Assembly: GCA_965202805.1 (NCBI GenBank)
Contig: OZ241869.1
Coordinates: forward strand, 2,060,652-2,124,651
Source: Longimicrobiales bacterium
GTDB taxonomy: Bacteria > Gemmatimonadota > Gemmatimonadetes > Longimicrobiales > Gaopeijiaceae
Length of the DNA: 64,000 nucleotides
Reading direction: 5' to 3'
In this document: positions 19,489 to 28,612 of the stretch, piece after piece
Position numbering within the stretch: position 1 is the first letter of the stretch
Layout: each line of letters opens with the position of its first letter
Notes under the pieces: model-generated
What the model was told of the DNA's origin: nothing
Seen by the model: the letters and a program-made list of their open reading frames with translations, nothing else
Database searches by the model: none
Program-made: the position numbers and the translations under genes

Positions 19489-20892
19489 ATGACATTCGAT
19501 GCACGCGCGCGGCGTCGCTCAGGCGGCGCGGCGCTCTTCCTGCTTGTGTTCGTCCCCGCGCTCGCGGAGGATCTGGCTGCCCAGAAGCCGGCCTACATCC
19601 CGGAAGACGTCCCGGCCCGCGTCCAGCCCCTGCCCTCCCTGCGCGAGCAGGCGGCTGAGCAGCAGGAGTGGCTTGAGCTTCGCATCGGGCGGATTCTGCC
19701 GGCGCTGATGGCGGAATACGACGTGCGCATGTGGATCCTGTCGATGCGCGAATACGCCGAGGATCCCGTCTTCTGGTCGATCACCTCGCCGACCACCTTC
19801 GCCGCCCGCCGGCGCTCGATCTACGTCTTCACCCGCCAGGACGACGGCACGGTGGAGCGGCTGGCGCTGGGCGGGACCGACCAGGGCGGGGTCTTCCAGG
19901 CGTACCGCTCCACCCGGCCGGCGCCCACCCAGCCCACCGCGGAACTGGTCGGCAACGAGCAGTGGCGGCTGCTGCGCGAGCTGGTGGAGGACCGCGATCC
20001 CGAGAACATCGTCCTCAACATCGATCCCGACTGGGCCTTCTCCGACGGACTGCACGCCGGCGAGCGCGAGGAGCTGGAGGAGGCGCTGGGCCCGGAGCTG
20101 ATGATGCGCGTGAAGCGCGAGCCGCGCCTGGCCATGAACTACATCGCCCTGCGCCTGCCGGAGATGATGCCCCGCTACCGCAAGATCGAAGAGACGGTGC
20201 ACGCGGTCATCTCGGAGGCGTTCTCGAACGCGGTGATCACGCCCGGGGAAACCACCATCGAGGACGTGGAGTGGTGGATGCGCCAGCGGGTGCGCGACCT
20301 GGGCTATACGGTCTGGTTCCAGGCCAACGTGGACGTCCAGCGGGCGGGCGACGTGCCCACGGACGGCCCCGCGGTGATCGAGCGCGGCGACCTGCTCTGG
20401 ACCGACTTCGGCGTGGTGGCCCAGAACCTCCACACCGACACCCAGCACCTGGGCTACGTCCTGCGCGAAGGCGAGACCGAGGTGCCCGCGGGGCTCCGGC
20501 AGTGCATGGCCAACTCGAACCGCCTCCAGGACATCCTGCTCGAGCACATGGAGCCGGGGCTCACCGGCAACGTGATCCTGGCCAACACGCTGGCGCAGAT
20601 GCGCGAAGAGGGCATCAACGGGACCGTCTACACGCACCCCATCGGCGACCACGGCCACGGCGCCGGGCCGCTGATCGGGCGCTGGGACGGGCAGGAGGGG
20701 GTGCCGGTGCGCGGCGACGCGGTGCTGCTGCCCTCGACCTGGCACTCGATCGAGCTGCAGGCCACGACCCCGATCCCGGAGTGGGACGGCAAGCCGGCGA
20801 GCTGCCGTCAGGAGGAGGAGGCGTACCTCGACGCCGACGGCGCGCGGCACTGGGTGTTCCGCAGGCAGAGCCGGTTCCACATCGTGTGGTAG
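19489..20892 (+). CDS. M24 family metallopeptidase (secreted, Xaa-Pro/creatinase-fold-like)
   Basis: ATG 19489 with GAAGGAG SD, followed by a signal peptide. Metal-ligand pattern LWTDFG...HTDTQ...HPIGDHGHGAG...HSIELQ. This is the last 467 codons of the 1304-aa track ORF; the rest of that ORF overlaps maeB out of frame. Confidence 0.7.
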   Translation: MTFDARARRRSGGAALFLLVFVPALAEDLAAQKPAYIPEDVPARVQPLPSLREQAAEQQEWLELRIGRILPALMAEYDVRMWILSMREYAEDPVFWSITSPTTFAARRRSIYVFTRQDDGTVERLALGGTDQGGVFQAYRSTRPAPTQPTAELVGNEQWRLLRELVEDRDPENIVLNIDPDWAFSDGLHAGEREELEEALGPELMMRVKREPRLAMNYIALRLPEMMPRYRKIEETVHAVISEAFSNAVITPGETTIEDVEWWMRQRVRDLGYTVWFQANVDVQRAGDVPTDGPAVIERGDLLWTDFGVVAQNLHTDTQHLGYVLREGETEVPAGLRQCMANSNRLQDILLEHMEPGLTGNVILANTLAQMREEGINGTVYTHPIGDHGHGAGPLIGRWDGQEGVPVRGDAVLLPSTWHSIELQATTPIPEWDGKPASCRQEEEAYLDADGARHWVFRRQSRFHIVW

Positions 20893-20946
20893 GGACCGCC
20901 GGTCACGGGGGAATCGCCGCCTCCGCCACCTGTGACGGCTGGCAGG

Positions 20947-21525
20947 TCAGTTCGGAGTCGGCGGCGTGACGACCGCGAGGCGGCCGCCGTCGTCCGGGGT
21001 CACCAGGATCACGTCTCGCGCGTCCGCGGAGACGATGGTGCTGAGAACCATGGCCGGGTCGCCGGAGGAGTCGGACGGGTCCGGGTTGGCGGCCGGGCTG
21101 GTGGTCGAATCGTCGAAGGACTGCGTCGGCGGGTCGGGAAGGAAGCTCACTTCGAGCGCGTGACGCCCGGGCGGGATCGGGAAGCGCTCGTGGACGCTGA
21201 CGGTGCGGGCCCGCGCGCTCGACCGACCCACCGGCCCGGCCCGGAGGGTGTCACCGTCCAGCAGAATCGTGAGCCGGAAGGACACCGCTTCGTCCGTGCA
21301 CACCTCCGTCGGGCGCATGTGCGGGAGGACGCCCCTCAGTTCGGCCTCCGTCGGCGGACGGCATCGCCGGTTGGATGGAGCCGGGATGCGCCACGACACC
21401 CGCAGTTCGGCGGCGTCCCCGGCCGAGGAGCGCCACGCGACCCGGGACAGGAGGACGATCCCGAGCAGGACGGTCACCGTCAGGGCCACGGCCGCCAGCT
21501 TCCGCGTGAACGTCGCTGCGGTCAT
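20947..21525 (-). CDS. hypothetical membrane-anchored protein
   Basis: ATG 21525 overlaps the upstream gene's stop (ATGA). One N-terminal TM helix (LAAVALTVTVLLGIVLL) is followed by a ~160-aa extracytoplasmic region. No family recognised. Confidence 0.45.
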   Translation of the reverse strand: MTAATFTRKLAAVALTVTVLLGIVLLSRVAWRSSAGDAAELRVSWRIPAPSNRRCRPPTEAELRGVLPHMRPTEVCTDEAVSFRLTILLDGDTLRAGPVGRSSARARTVSVHERFPIPPGRHALEVSFLPDPPTQSFDDSTTSPAANPDPSDSSGDPAMVLSTIVSADARDVILVTPDDGGRLAVVTPPTPN

Positions 21526-23063
21526 CGGGCCGCCGCCTTCCCGGGCACCTCGCACTCCGTGTCGATGGCGATCCCGTCTTCCCGGGTGGGGGCGTCGAGG
21601 AGCCCCAGCTCGCTCGCGAAATCAGCCCGGGCGCTCGCGAGGGCCTGCTCGTCGAAGCCGGACGCGTAGACGACCCGTACTCTCCGCCGGTCGACGCGCG
21701 CCTGCAGCTCCGCCTCTCTTTCGTGGTACAGCCGCTCGACGAGCCACCGGGGCCCCTCCCGGCCCCAGCAGTCGCGGGGCGGACACGCCACCACCAGAAC
21801 ACCGCCCACCCCGGCGCGCACCAGGTACTCCACCACCGAACTGTGCAGGTTGCCCGCGCACGACACCAGGAAGCGGCGGGAGTCCCTCCCCTGGCCCGGA
21901 CCGGCCGCGGACCGGCCGCACCCCACCACCACGATGTCCCCGCGCCCGAGCACCCGGCCTGCCGCGAACTCCCTGACGCGGCTCAGCTGGTCCCTGCCGG
22001 TGCGGCCGGGCGGCCCCACCCCCATGGGCGCGCACGACCCGGCGCAAATGCCGCAACTGACGCAGGCGGCCGGATTCACGCGGGCGACCAGACCCTCGCG
22101 CCCGTCGGTGCGTTCGACCATCCGGATGGCGTCCCAGGGACAGTCCACGTAGCACTGCTCGCACCCGGTGCACAGGCGCGTCGACGCCACCGAGGGCGCC
22201 GGCCGGCGGTCGGCGCGGGGACGCGTCAGGAGCGGCACGGCCAGCAGGGCCGTCCCCACCACCGCCGCGGCGAGCCACACCACCCCGGCGGAGGCGGAGC
22301 GGGCCGCCGGCAGCCAGAAGGCGTAGAAGACGTCCAGCACCACCTCCCCGGGCACCCGCAGCAGCTCCGCCGCGGGCGCCAGCGGGACGGGCAGAAGAAC
22401 CGCCGCCGCGACCAGCAGCCCGACCGTCCACCGGAGGAGCGGCCGCGGAGGCAGCATGACCGGCCGGGCGACCCGGGACACGTGCAGCCAGAGAAAGATC
22501 ACGATGCCGACCGGCAGCGCGATGTGCAGGAAGAGGTTCATGAAGAAGAAGGCGGCGGGCAGCGGGTCGGCGCCCGAGAAAGTCCGGGATATCGGTTCGG
22601 AGAAGAGCGGCAGGGCGTCGAGCAGCCGCGCACCCTCGGCGGCGAGCAACTGCCCCTGCGCGTCCCACACCATCACGTAGCCCGTCCAGCCGCAGACGTA
22701 CAGCAGGAACACCAGGAAGACGCCCGAAACCCAGGCGAGCGCGCGCGGCCCCCAGCTGCGGCCCTGGCAGAACATCCGCAGGGCGTGGGCGGCCGCGGCG
22801 ACCACGGCCAGGTCCGCCGCGTACCGGTGGAGCGACCGAATCCAGCGCCCTCCCCACACCTGGGCATCGATGCGGGCGACGGATTCCCAGGGTGCCCCGA
22901 TGCGGTAGAACAGGACCAGATAGAGCCCGGTGACGAGCACGACCGCCAGGCACGCCACCACCAGCGCGCCGGACTGGTAGAGCGGGTTCCACTTCCAGCC
23001 ATGGAGGCGGTCCACCCAGGAGTCGACGCGCCGCAGGGATTGCCCGAGGATTCGCTTGAGCAT
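21522..23063 (-). CDS. fusion protein: di-haem cytochrome b (N-terminal) + 2x[4Fe-4S] ferredoxin + MvhD/FlpD-like domain
   Basis: Two His-x13-His pairs sit on hydrophobic helices (HRYAADLAVVAAAAH; HIALPVGIVIFLWLH), as in cytochrome b. Cys clusters CTGCEQCYVDCP and CVSCGICAGSCAP. C-terminal VVVGCG...VSCAGN...VVACPPRDCW resembles the hydrogenase delta-subunit fold. Confidence 0.75.
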   Translation of the reverse strand: MLKRILGQSLRRVDSWVDRLHGWKWNPLYQSGALVVACLAVVLVTGLYLVLFYRIGAPWESVARIDAQVWGGRWIRSLHRYAADLAVVAAAAHALRMFCQGRSWGPRALAWVSGVFLVFLLYVCGWTGYVMVWDAQGQLLAAEGARLLDALPLFSEPISRTFSGADPLPAAFFFMNLFLHIALPVGIVIFLWLHVSRVARPVMLPPRPLLRWTVGLLVAAAVLLPVPLAPAAELLRVPGEVVLDVFYAFWLPAARSASAGVVWLAAAVVGTALLAVPLLTRPRADRRPAPSVASTRLCTGCEQCYVDCPWDAIRMVERTDGREGLVARVNPAACVSCGICAGSCAPMGVGPPGRTGRDQLSRVREFAAGRVLGRGDIVVVGCGRSAAGPGQGRDSRRFLVSCAGNLHSSVVEYLVRAGVGGVLVVACPPRDCWGREGPRWLVERLYHEREAELQARVDRRRVRVVYASGFDEQALASARADFASELGLLDAPTREDGIAIDTECEVPGKAAAR

Positions 23064-23312
23064 GGTGGTGTTCGCCGATTCGGCCGGAATGGACGTCGGG
23101 GGATCGCGCTCGCGTCCGCCTCCAGCCGCAACCGATTTCAGCCGGTTTCGCCGGAGGCCGCGAACGCTTGCGCGAGCATAAGTACCATATCATCATGACC
23201 TTATCCAGCATAGAGCACCGCGACGTGACCGAAGGCTCGCATGACCTCCAGGACGGCCGGCAACGCCCTTCCGGGGCGCGCCTGACCCCCAAACCCGAAG
23301 GAGCGCACACCC

Positions 23313-23498
23313 ATGGCCGACTCCGTCTCCCCTTCACCGCCCCCGGGTGACGAGGACGGGACCCCGGTTCCCCTCATGCAACGCCTCTACGACAGCCCGT
23401 TCCTGCTTCTCGCCGCGTGCATCCTGGTGATGTTCGTGTTCTTCACGGCGTGGGGCATGATCGAAATCATGTCGCTCGAACCCGCACCTTTGCCGTAG
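23313..23498 (+). CDS. small single-TM protein, possible oxidase subunit IIa analogue
   Basis: GAAGGAG SD. One TM helix (FLLLAACILVMFVFFTAWGMIEI). It sits immediately before subunit II, as cbaD does in the Thermus ba3 operon. The assignment is positional only. Confidence 0.45.
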   Translation: MADSVSPSPPPGDEDGTPVPLMQRLYDSPFLLLAACILVMFVFFTAWGMIEIMSLEPAPLP

Positions 23499-23513
23499 GG
23501 AGGGCCGCCGCCG

Positions 23514-24077
23514 ATGTACCGAACGGGAATCGAACCGCCGGAACGGATCTGGTGGAAGAAGATCGACCGCCACGAGAAGGTATGGGTGTGGATCGCCTTC
23601 GCGTGGTGCATGGTGCTCTTCGCGATGATGCCCCTCTGGCACCTGCGGGGCGGCCAGAACCCCTCCGGGATCCGGCACCGGGTGGAGCCGGCCGACTACC
23701 AGGCGAGGGTCACGGAGTTCATCCGGGAATACCAGGTGGGCACCGACAGCGGCTTCCCCGTAGTCGAACCGCCTCCGGGAAGCGATGTCTACCTGCAGGC
23801 GACGAGCTTCGCCTGGATGCCGGTGCTGCGGTTGCAACAGGGAGCCGAGTACGTCCTCCATCTCTCGTCGCTGGACGTGAACCACGGGTTCAACCTGTAC
23901 CCCCTCAACATCAATTTCCAGGTCGTTCCCGGATATGACTACGGCCTCCGGGTGGTCCCCAACGAGCCCGGTGAGTTCCACATCATATGCAACGAGTTCT
24001 GCGGAATCGGCCACCACCTGATGGTCGGCAAGATCATCGTCGAGCCGGCGGACGCGGAACAGGAAGGTGACCTGTGA
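23514..24077 (+). CDS. haem-copper oxidase subunit II (single TM helix + CuA cupredoxin domain)
   Basis: CuA ligand set: DVNHGF ... CNEFCGIGHHLM (CxExCGxxHxxM). One N-terminal TM helix, as in B-family subunit II. GGGAGG SD. Confidence 0.85.
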   Translation: MYRTGIEPPERIWWKKIDRHEKVWVWIAFAWCMVLFAMMPLWHLRGGQNPSGIRHRVEPADYQARVTEFIREYQVGTDSGFPVVEPPPGSDVYLQATSFAWMPVLRLQQGAEYVLHLSSLDVNHGFNLYPLNINFQVVPGYDYGLRVVPNEPGEFHIICNEFCGIGHHLMVGKIIVEPADAEQEGDL

Positions 24078-25795
24078 ACATCTTCCGGACCTGCCCGACG
24101 ACCGGCCTTCAGGTGCATCGAACCGCCGACCGCCTCATTCAGGCCAACGCGGTCGCGGCGACCGTGGCGCTCCTCATCGGGGGAATCGCGGCGCTGCTCG
24201 TCCTGCTGACGCGCTGGGAGGCCGTCCTCCTCCTCGACGCCGGCATGTTCTACCGCATGCTCACCGTGCACGGCATGAACATGCTCATCTTCTTCATCAT
24301 CTTCTTCGAGATGGCCGTGCTCTACTTCGCGTCCGCCGTCCTGCTCAACTGCAGGGTGCCGGCGCCCAGGGCCGGCTGGATCGCCTTCGCGCTCATGGTC
24401 GGCGGGGCGCTCATGGTCGAGTGGACGATGTGGACGGGCCGCGCCGACGTCCTGTTCACCTCCTACGTGCCGCTGCGGGCCCACCCGCTCTTCTATCTGG
24501 GGGTGATCCTGTTCGCGGTCGGCGCCCTGACCGTGGTCGGCCATTTCTTCGGCATCCTGACCGTGGCCAGGCGCGAGAATGCGTACGAGGGGTCGATGCC
24601 GCTGGTCACCTTCGGAGCACTCACCGCGGCCGCGATCGCGGCGGTCACCCTGCTGCACGGGGCGATCATCTACATCCCCACCTTCCTCTGGTCCCTCGGC
24701 CTCATGGAGGTCGATCCCCAGATGTACCGCCTGATCTGGTGGGGGCTCGGCCACTCCTCGCAGCAGATCAACGTGGCCGCCATGGTCTCGATCTGGTATC
24801 TGCTGGGCGCGCTCACGGTGGGCGCCGTGGTCCTGAACGAGAAAGTCAGCCGCACGGCGTTCGTCCTCTACGTCCTCTTCATCTCGATGGCCTCCGCGCA
24901 CCACCTGCTGGTCGACCCCGGGATGGGACCGGCGTGGAAGATCTGGAACACCAGCTACTTCATGTACATGGCCGTTCTGGCCTCGATGCTCCACGGCTTC
25001 ACCGTACCGGCCGGCATCGAATTGGGAATGCGCCTGCGGGGGGCGACCCAGGGGCTCTTCGGGTGGCTGAAGCGGGCCCCCTGGGGCGATCCCGGATTCA
25101 GCTCGCTGGTCTTCTCCATCGTGGTGTTCGGCTTCGTGGGCGGGATCACGGGAGTGACCTTCGGCACCGAACAGATCAACATCATCGCCCACAACACGCT
25201 GCGGATTCCCGGCCACTTCCACGCCACCGTGGTGTCGGGGACGGCGATGGCCTTCATGGGGATCACCTACTACGTCATTCCGCTCATCTTCCGGCGCGAG
25301 ATCGCCTTCTACCCGCTGGCCCGCATCCAGCCCTACCTGTTCGCCGTCGGCATGCTGGTGTTCTCGATGGCGATGACCTTCGCGGGCACCTTCGGCGTTC
25401 CGCGCAGGCACTGGAACGCCTCGTTCACGGGCGCGGTCTTCCAGCCCGAGTTCTCGCCCGCCGTCAACCTGATCATCGGCGTGATGGCGGTGGGCGGGCT
25501 GATCGCCATCGCCGGCGGCGCCATCTACATCGTGGTGACGGTGGTGTCGGTGTTCTTCGGGAAGAAGATGGCCGCGGACGATTCGGGGCTGGGCGCCGAG
25601 AGACGCGGTCTGCCTCCGGGCATCACCCATCCGCCACGCGCCCTGGTGGCGGAGGACAGCGAGGCGCTCGAACCCTCGGGCCGCATGGGACCGGTGCCGG
25701 GGACGATGGTGCTGGTGTTTATCTTCCTGGCCGCGTTCATCACCTACTACTTCGTGAACTGGACGCTGCTTTCGTTCCTGTGGGAGGTCGGATGA
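24074..25795 (+). CDS. haem-copper oxidoreductase subunit I, B-family-like, lacking the cross-linked Tyr
   Basis: Collinear with Thermus ba3 subunit I as I recall it: LTVHGMNM, WWGLGHSSQQ (helix VI CuB His), SAHHLLVDPG, GLFGWLKRAPWGDP, PGHFHATV, GVPRRHW. The GTG start overlaps the subunit II stop (GTGA). Confidence 0.9.
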   Translation: MNIFRTCPTTGLQVHRTADRLIQANAVAATVALLIGGIAALLVLLTRWEAVLLLDAGMFYRMLTVHGMNMLIFFIIFFEMAVLYFASAVLLNCRVPAPRAGWIAFALMVGGALMVEWTMWTGRADVLFTSYVPLRAHPLFYLGVILFAVGALTVVGHFFGILTVARRENAYEGSMPLVTFGALTAAAIAAVTLLHGAIIYIPTFLWSLGLMEVDPQMYRLIWWGLGHSSQQINVAAMVSIWYLLGALTVGAVVLNEKVSRTAFVLYVLFISMASAHHLLVDPGMGPAWKIWNTSYFMYMAVLASMLHGFTVPAGIELGMRLRGATQGLFGWLKRAPWGDPGFSSLVFSIVVFGFVGGITGVTFGTEQINIIAHNTLRIPGHFHATVVSGTAMAFMGITYYVIPLIFRREIAFYPLARIQPYLFAVGMLVFSMAMTFAGTFGVPRRHWNASFTGAVFQPEFSPAVNLIIGVMAVGGLIAIAGGAIYIVVTVVSVFFGKKMAADDSGLGAERRGLPPGITHPPRALVAEDSEALEPSGRMGPVPGTMVLVFIFLAAFITYYFVNWTLLSFLWEVG

Positions 25796-26817
25796 GAGAG
25801 GGGAGGGACGGTAGCGGGGCCGCCGCCGGGGCTGCCGCGGGCGGGGAGGGCCACGGGCCGACGGGCGTGAACGGTGCGCCCTCGTACGCGGCCGTTCGCG
25901 GGGCGATGGCGGCGATGGCGGCGCTGCTCGCGATCACGGTCGCGTGGTGGGCACTGGCGCTCTGGCCGGTGGCGGGGGTCCCGCCGGCGTGGCTGGAGCG
26001 TGCCCGCCAGGTGTGCTTCAACGCGGGTCCCTCAGGTCTCCCCGACGCGTCCGGATGGATGCTCCTGGTGGGCCAGCCCATCGGCATGCTGGCGGTGCTG
26101 ATGGTTGTCGCGGGGGATGCGGTGCGGGCGGGGCTGCGGCGGGCGCGGGGCAAACCGGCGGGCCGGGTTGCGCTCGCGGCGGCCGCCGGGGCGGTCGTGG
26201 CGGGGGCGGCGCTGGCCGGGGTGCGCGTCGCATCGGTTCCGGGGGACGCGGAGTGGCTGGAGGCCGCCCGCGCCGAGGTGCCCGCCACCTACCCGCGCCT
26301 GGACCGCCGCCTTCCGGCCATCGAGCTCGTCGACCAGCGCGGCGAAGCGTTCACGTGGGAGCGCATCGCGGGCCGCCCGGCGCTCCTCACCTTCGGCTTC
26401 GGGCACTGCGAGACCGTCTGTCCCATGACGGTCATGAACGCGCGCCGGGTCCAGGACCGGTTCCGGGGGGAGGGCCGGAAGATGGCGCTGGTGGTGATCA
26501 CGCTCGATCCCTGGCGCGACACCCCGTCCCGGCTTCCCGCCCTGGCGCGACAGTTCCACCTCGGCGGCGAGGGTTCGCATGCGAATGCGGAGGAAGGCGG
26601 CGAAGGCGGGGAGGGCGCGGGGTCCTTCCTGCTTTCCGGCTCGGTAGATGAGGTCAACGCGGCGCTGGACGCGCTGCAGGTGGCTCGCGAGCGGGTGCCG
26701 CGCACGGGAGACATCGTGCACCCGGCTCTCGTGTACCTGCTGGACGCGGAGGGTACGGTGGCCTACGCCGCGAGCGCGCACGCCGACCTGATCGAGGAGC
26801 TGGCGCGCCGCATGTAG
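25792..26817 (+). CDS. SCO1/SenC-type copper chaperone fused to an N-terminal polytopic membrane domain
   Basis: ATGA overlap with the subunit I stop. Thioredoxin-fold motif FGFGHCETVCP (CxxxC) with downstream DIVHPALVYLLD His. About 170 N-terminal residues contain 3 hydrophobic segments. Confidence 0.8.
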   Translation: MREGRDGSGAAAGAAAGGEGHGPTGVNGAPSYAAVRGAMAAMAALLAITVAWWALALWPVAGVPPAWLERARQVCFNAGPSGLPDASGWMLLVGQPIGMLAVLMVVAGDAVRAGLRRARGKPAGRVALAAAAGAVVAGAALAGVRVASVPGDAEWLEAARAEVPATYPRLDRRLPAIELVDQRGEAFTWERIAGRPALLTFGFGHCETVCPMTVMNARRVQDRFRGEGRKMALVVITLDPWRDTPSRLPALARQFHLGGEGSHANAEEGGEGGEGAGSFLLSGSVDEVNAALDALQVARERVPRTGDIVHPALVYLLDAEGTVAYAASAHADLIEELARRM

Positions 26818-26899
26818 AGTGCGTCCCCGGGCGCGGCCACGCTCGCCGCCGGCCGCGACCCGGGACGGACGAAGCTTCCCCCGACCGGGACGGACCAAC

Positions 26900-28546
26900 A
26901 TGAAGACGACACGAATCACGATGCGAGGATGGGCCCTGGCGGCCCGTGGACGAACTTCCCGCGGTATTCGAGCCGGGATGCTCCTGGCCTCCGCCGCCGC
27001 GCTGGCGGATTCGGCACAGCTTGCGGCAGCGCAGGGACTCGCCGTGCCGGATCCCGTACTCGAGGGCATCTGGACCGAGGCGATGGAAAACTCGCAGATC
27101 GAGCCCATGGGACAGGTGCTGCTGGACGCCATCGGCCCGCGGCTCACCGGCTCGCCGCACATGGAGCGGGCCCAGGAATGGGCGGTCTCGATGCTGGCCG
27201 GCTGGGGCGTGGAGGCCCGCACCGAGGAGTACGGCACCTGGGAGGGATGGGACCGCGGAGCCAGCCACGTGGACCTGGTGTCGCCGCGGGTGCGCTCGCT
27301 GGAGGGGCGCATCCTGGCCTGGAGCCCCGGGACCGGAGGTGAGCCGGTGGAGGGCGGGGTCGCCGTCCTCCCGGAGATGCGCTCGCCGGCGGATTGGCAG
27401 GCGTTTCTGGGCTCGGTGAGCGGCAAGTGGGTGATGCTCTCCTTCCCGCAGCCGACCTGCCGCGCGGACGAGCAGTGGGTCGAGTTCGCGCAGGAGGGCT
27501 CGTACGAGACCATGGCCGAGGCGCGCTCCGGAGCCAACCGGGCGTTCAACCAGAGCCTGGCCGCCACCGGATCGCGCGATCCGCGCCGCCGCGACCTGCA
27601 CGCGCAGATCGAGGAGGCGGGCGCGCTCGGCATCGTGACCTCGCTCTGGCCGGGCTCCTACGGGACCACGCGCGTCTTCAACGCCTACAACCGCGAGGCG
27701 CCCACCTTCGAGCTGGGGTGCGAGGACTACGGGCTCGTCCATCGCCTGGCCGCCAACGGACAGGAGCCGGTGCTGCGTCTGACCGCGGAAGCCGAGAATC
27801 TGGGCGAAGTGCCGGTGTCGAACGTCATCGGCACCATCCCGGGGACCGAGCTCCCGGACGAGTACGTCATGCTCTCGGCCCACTTCGACTCGTGGGAGGG
27901 CGGATCGGGCGCCACCGACAACGCGACCGGCTCGCTGCTCATGCTCGAGACCATGCGCATCCTGTCCGCCGTGTATCCGAACCCGAAGCGCACCATCCTC
28001 ATCGGGCTCTGGAACGGGGAGGAACAGGGGCTCAACGGCTCGCGCGCCTTCAGCGAGGACCATCCCGAGGTGGTGGAGGGGCTGCAGGTGCTCTTCAACC
28101 AGGACAACGGCACCGGGCGGGTGGTGAACATCTCCGCCCAGGGGTTCACGGAGGTGGGATCGTCGCTCGCGCGATGGCTGACGCGGGTTCCGGTCGAGGT
28201 CTCCGGTCACGTGAGCCTGAGGCTCCCGGGCAACCCCGGCGGAGGCGGCTCGGACTACGCCTCCTTCGTCTGCCACGGCGCGCCCGGCATCAACCTGAGC
28301 GCGCTGTCATGGGACTACGGGTCGCACACCTGGCACACCCACCGCGACACCTTCGACAAGCTCGTCTTCGACGACCTGAAGAACAACGCGGTGCTGGCCG
28401 CCTCGCTGGTCTACCTGGCTTCCGAGGACGACCGGCGGGTGAGCCGCGAACGGCGCGAGCTGATCATGGGGCTGGGGGGGACCGGCGGGCGCTGGCCGGA
28501 GTGTACGCCCGCGGTGCGGAGTTCGCTGGACAGCCAGCGGATGTAG
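26900..28546 (+). CDS. M28 family aminopeptidase (secreted)
   Basis: Signal peptide. VMLSAHFDSWEGGSGATDNATG, GLWNGEEQGLNGSRAF, GGGSDYASF and HTWHTHRDTFDK. Paralogue of 52267..53883. Confidence 0.85.
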   Translation: MKTTRITMRGWALAARGRTSRGIRAGMLLASAAALADSAQLAAAQGLAVPDPVLEGIWTEAMENSQIEPMGQVLLDAIGPRLTGSPHMERAQEWAVSMLAGWGVEARTEEYGTWEGWDRGASHVDLVSPRVRSLEGRILAWSPGTGGEPVEGGVAVLPEMRSPADWQAFLGSVSGKWVMLSFPQPTCRADEQWVEFAQEGSYETMAEARSGANRAFNQSLAATGSRDPRRRDLHAQIEEAGALGIVTSLWPGSYGTTRVFNAYNREAPTFELGCEDYGLVHRLAANGQEPVLRLTAEAENLGEVPVSNVIGTIPGTELPDEYVMLSAHFDSWEGGSGATDNATGSLLMLETMRILSAVYPNPKRTILIGLWNGEEQGLNGSRAFSEDHPEVVEGLQVLFNQDNGTGRVVNISAQGFTEVGSSLARWLTRVPVEVSGHVSLRLPGNPGGGGSDYASFVCHGAPGINLSALSWDYGSHTWHTHRDTFDKLVFDDLKNNAVLAASLVYLASEDDRRVSRERRELIMGLGGTGGRWPECTPAVRSSLDSQRM

Positions 28547-28612
28547 GGGGAGGGGCCGGAGGCCGACCGTCGCGACCGCGAAGACAAGAGCGCCTTCCGG
28601 CGGTTGACCGGG

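Noticed and set aside
23064-23312. Search for FNR/Dnr/NnrR (TTGAT-N4-ATCAA) or NsrR-type boxes in the divergent promoter region between the cytochrome b fusion and the oxidase operon
   Set aside because: Only a weak ATAAG-N17-CTTAT symmetry (23178..23204) sits in an AT-richer patch, with no convincing match to any operator consensus I know. No regulatory call is made.
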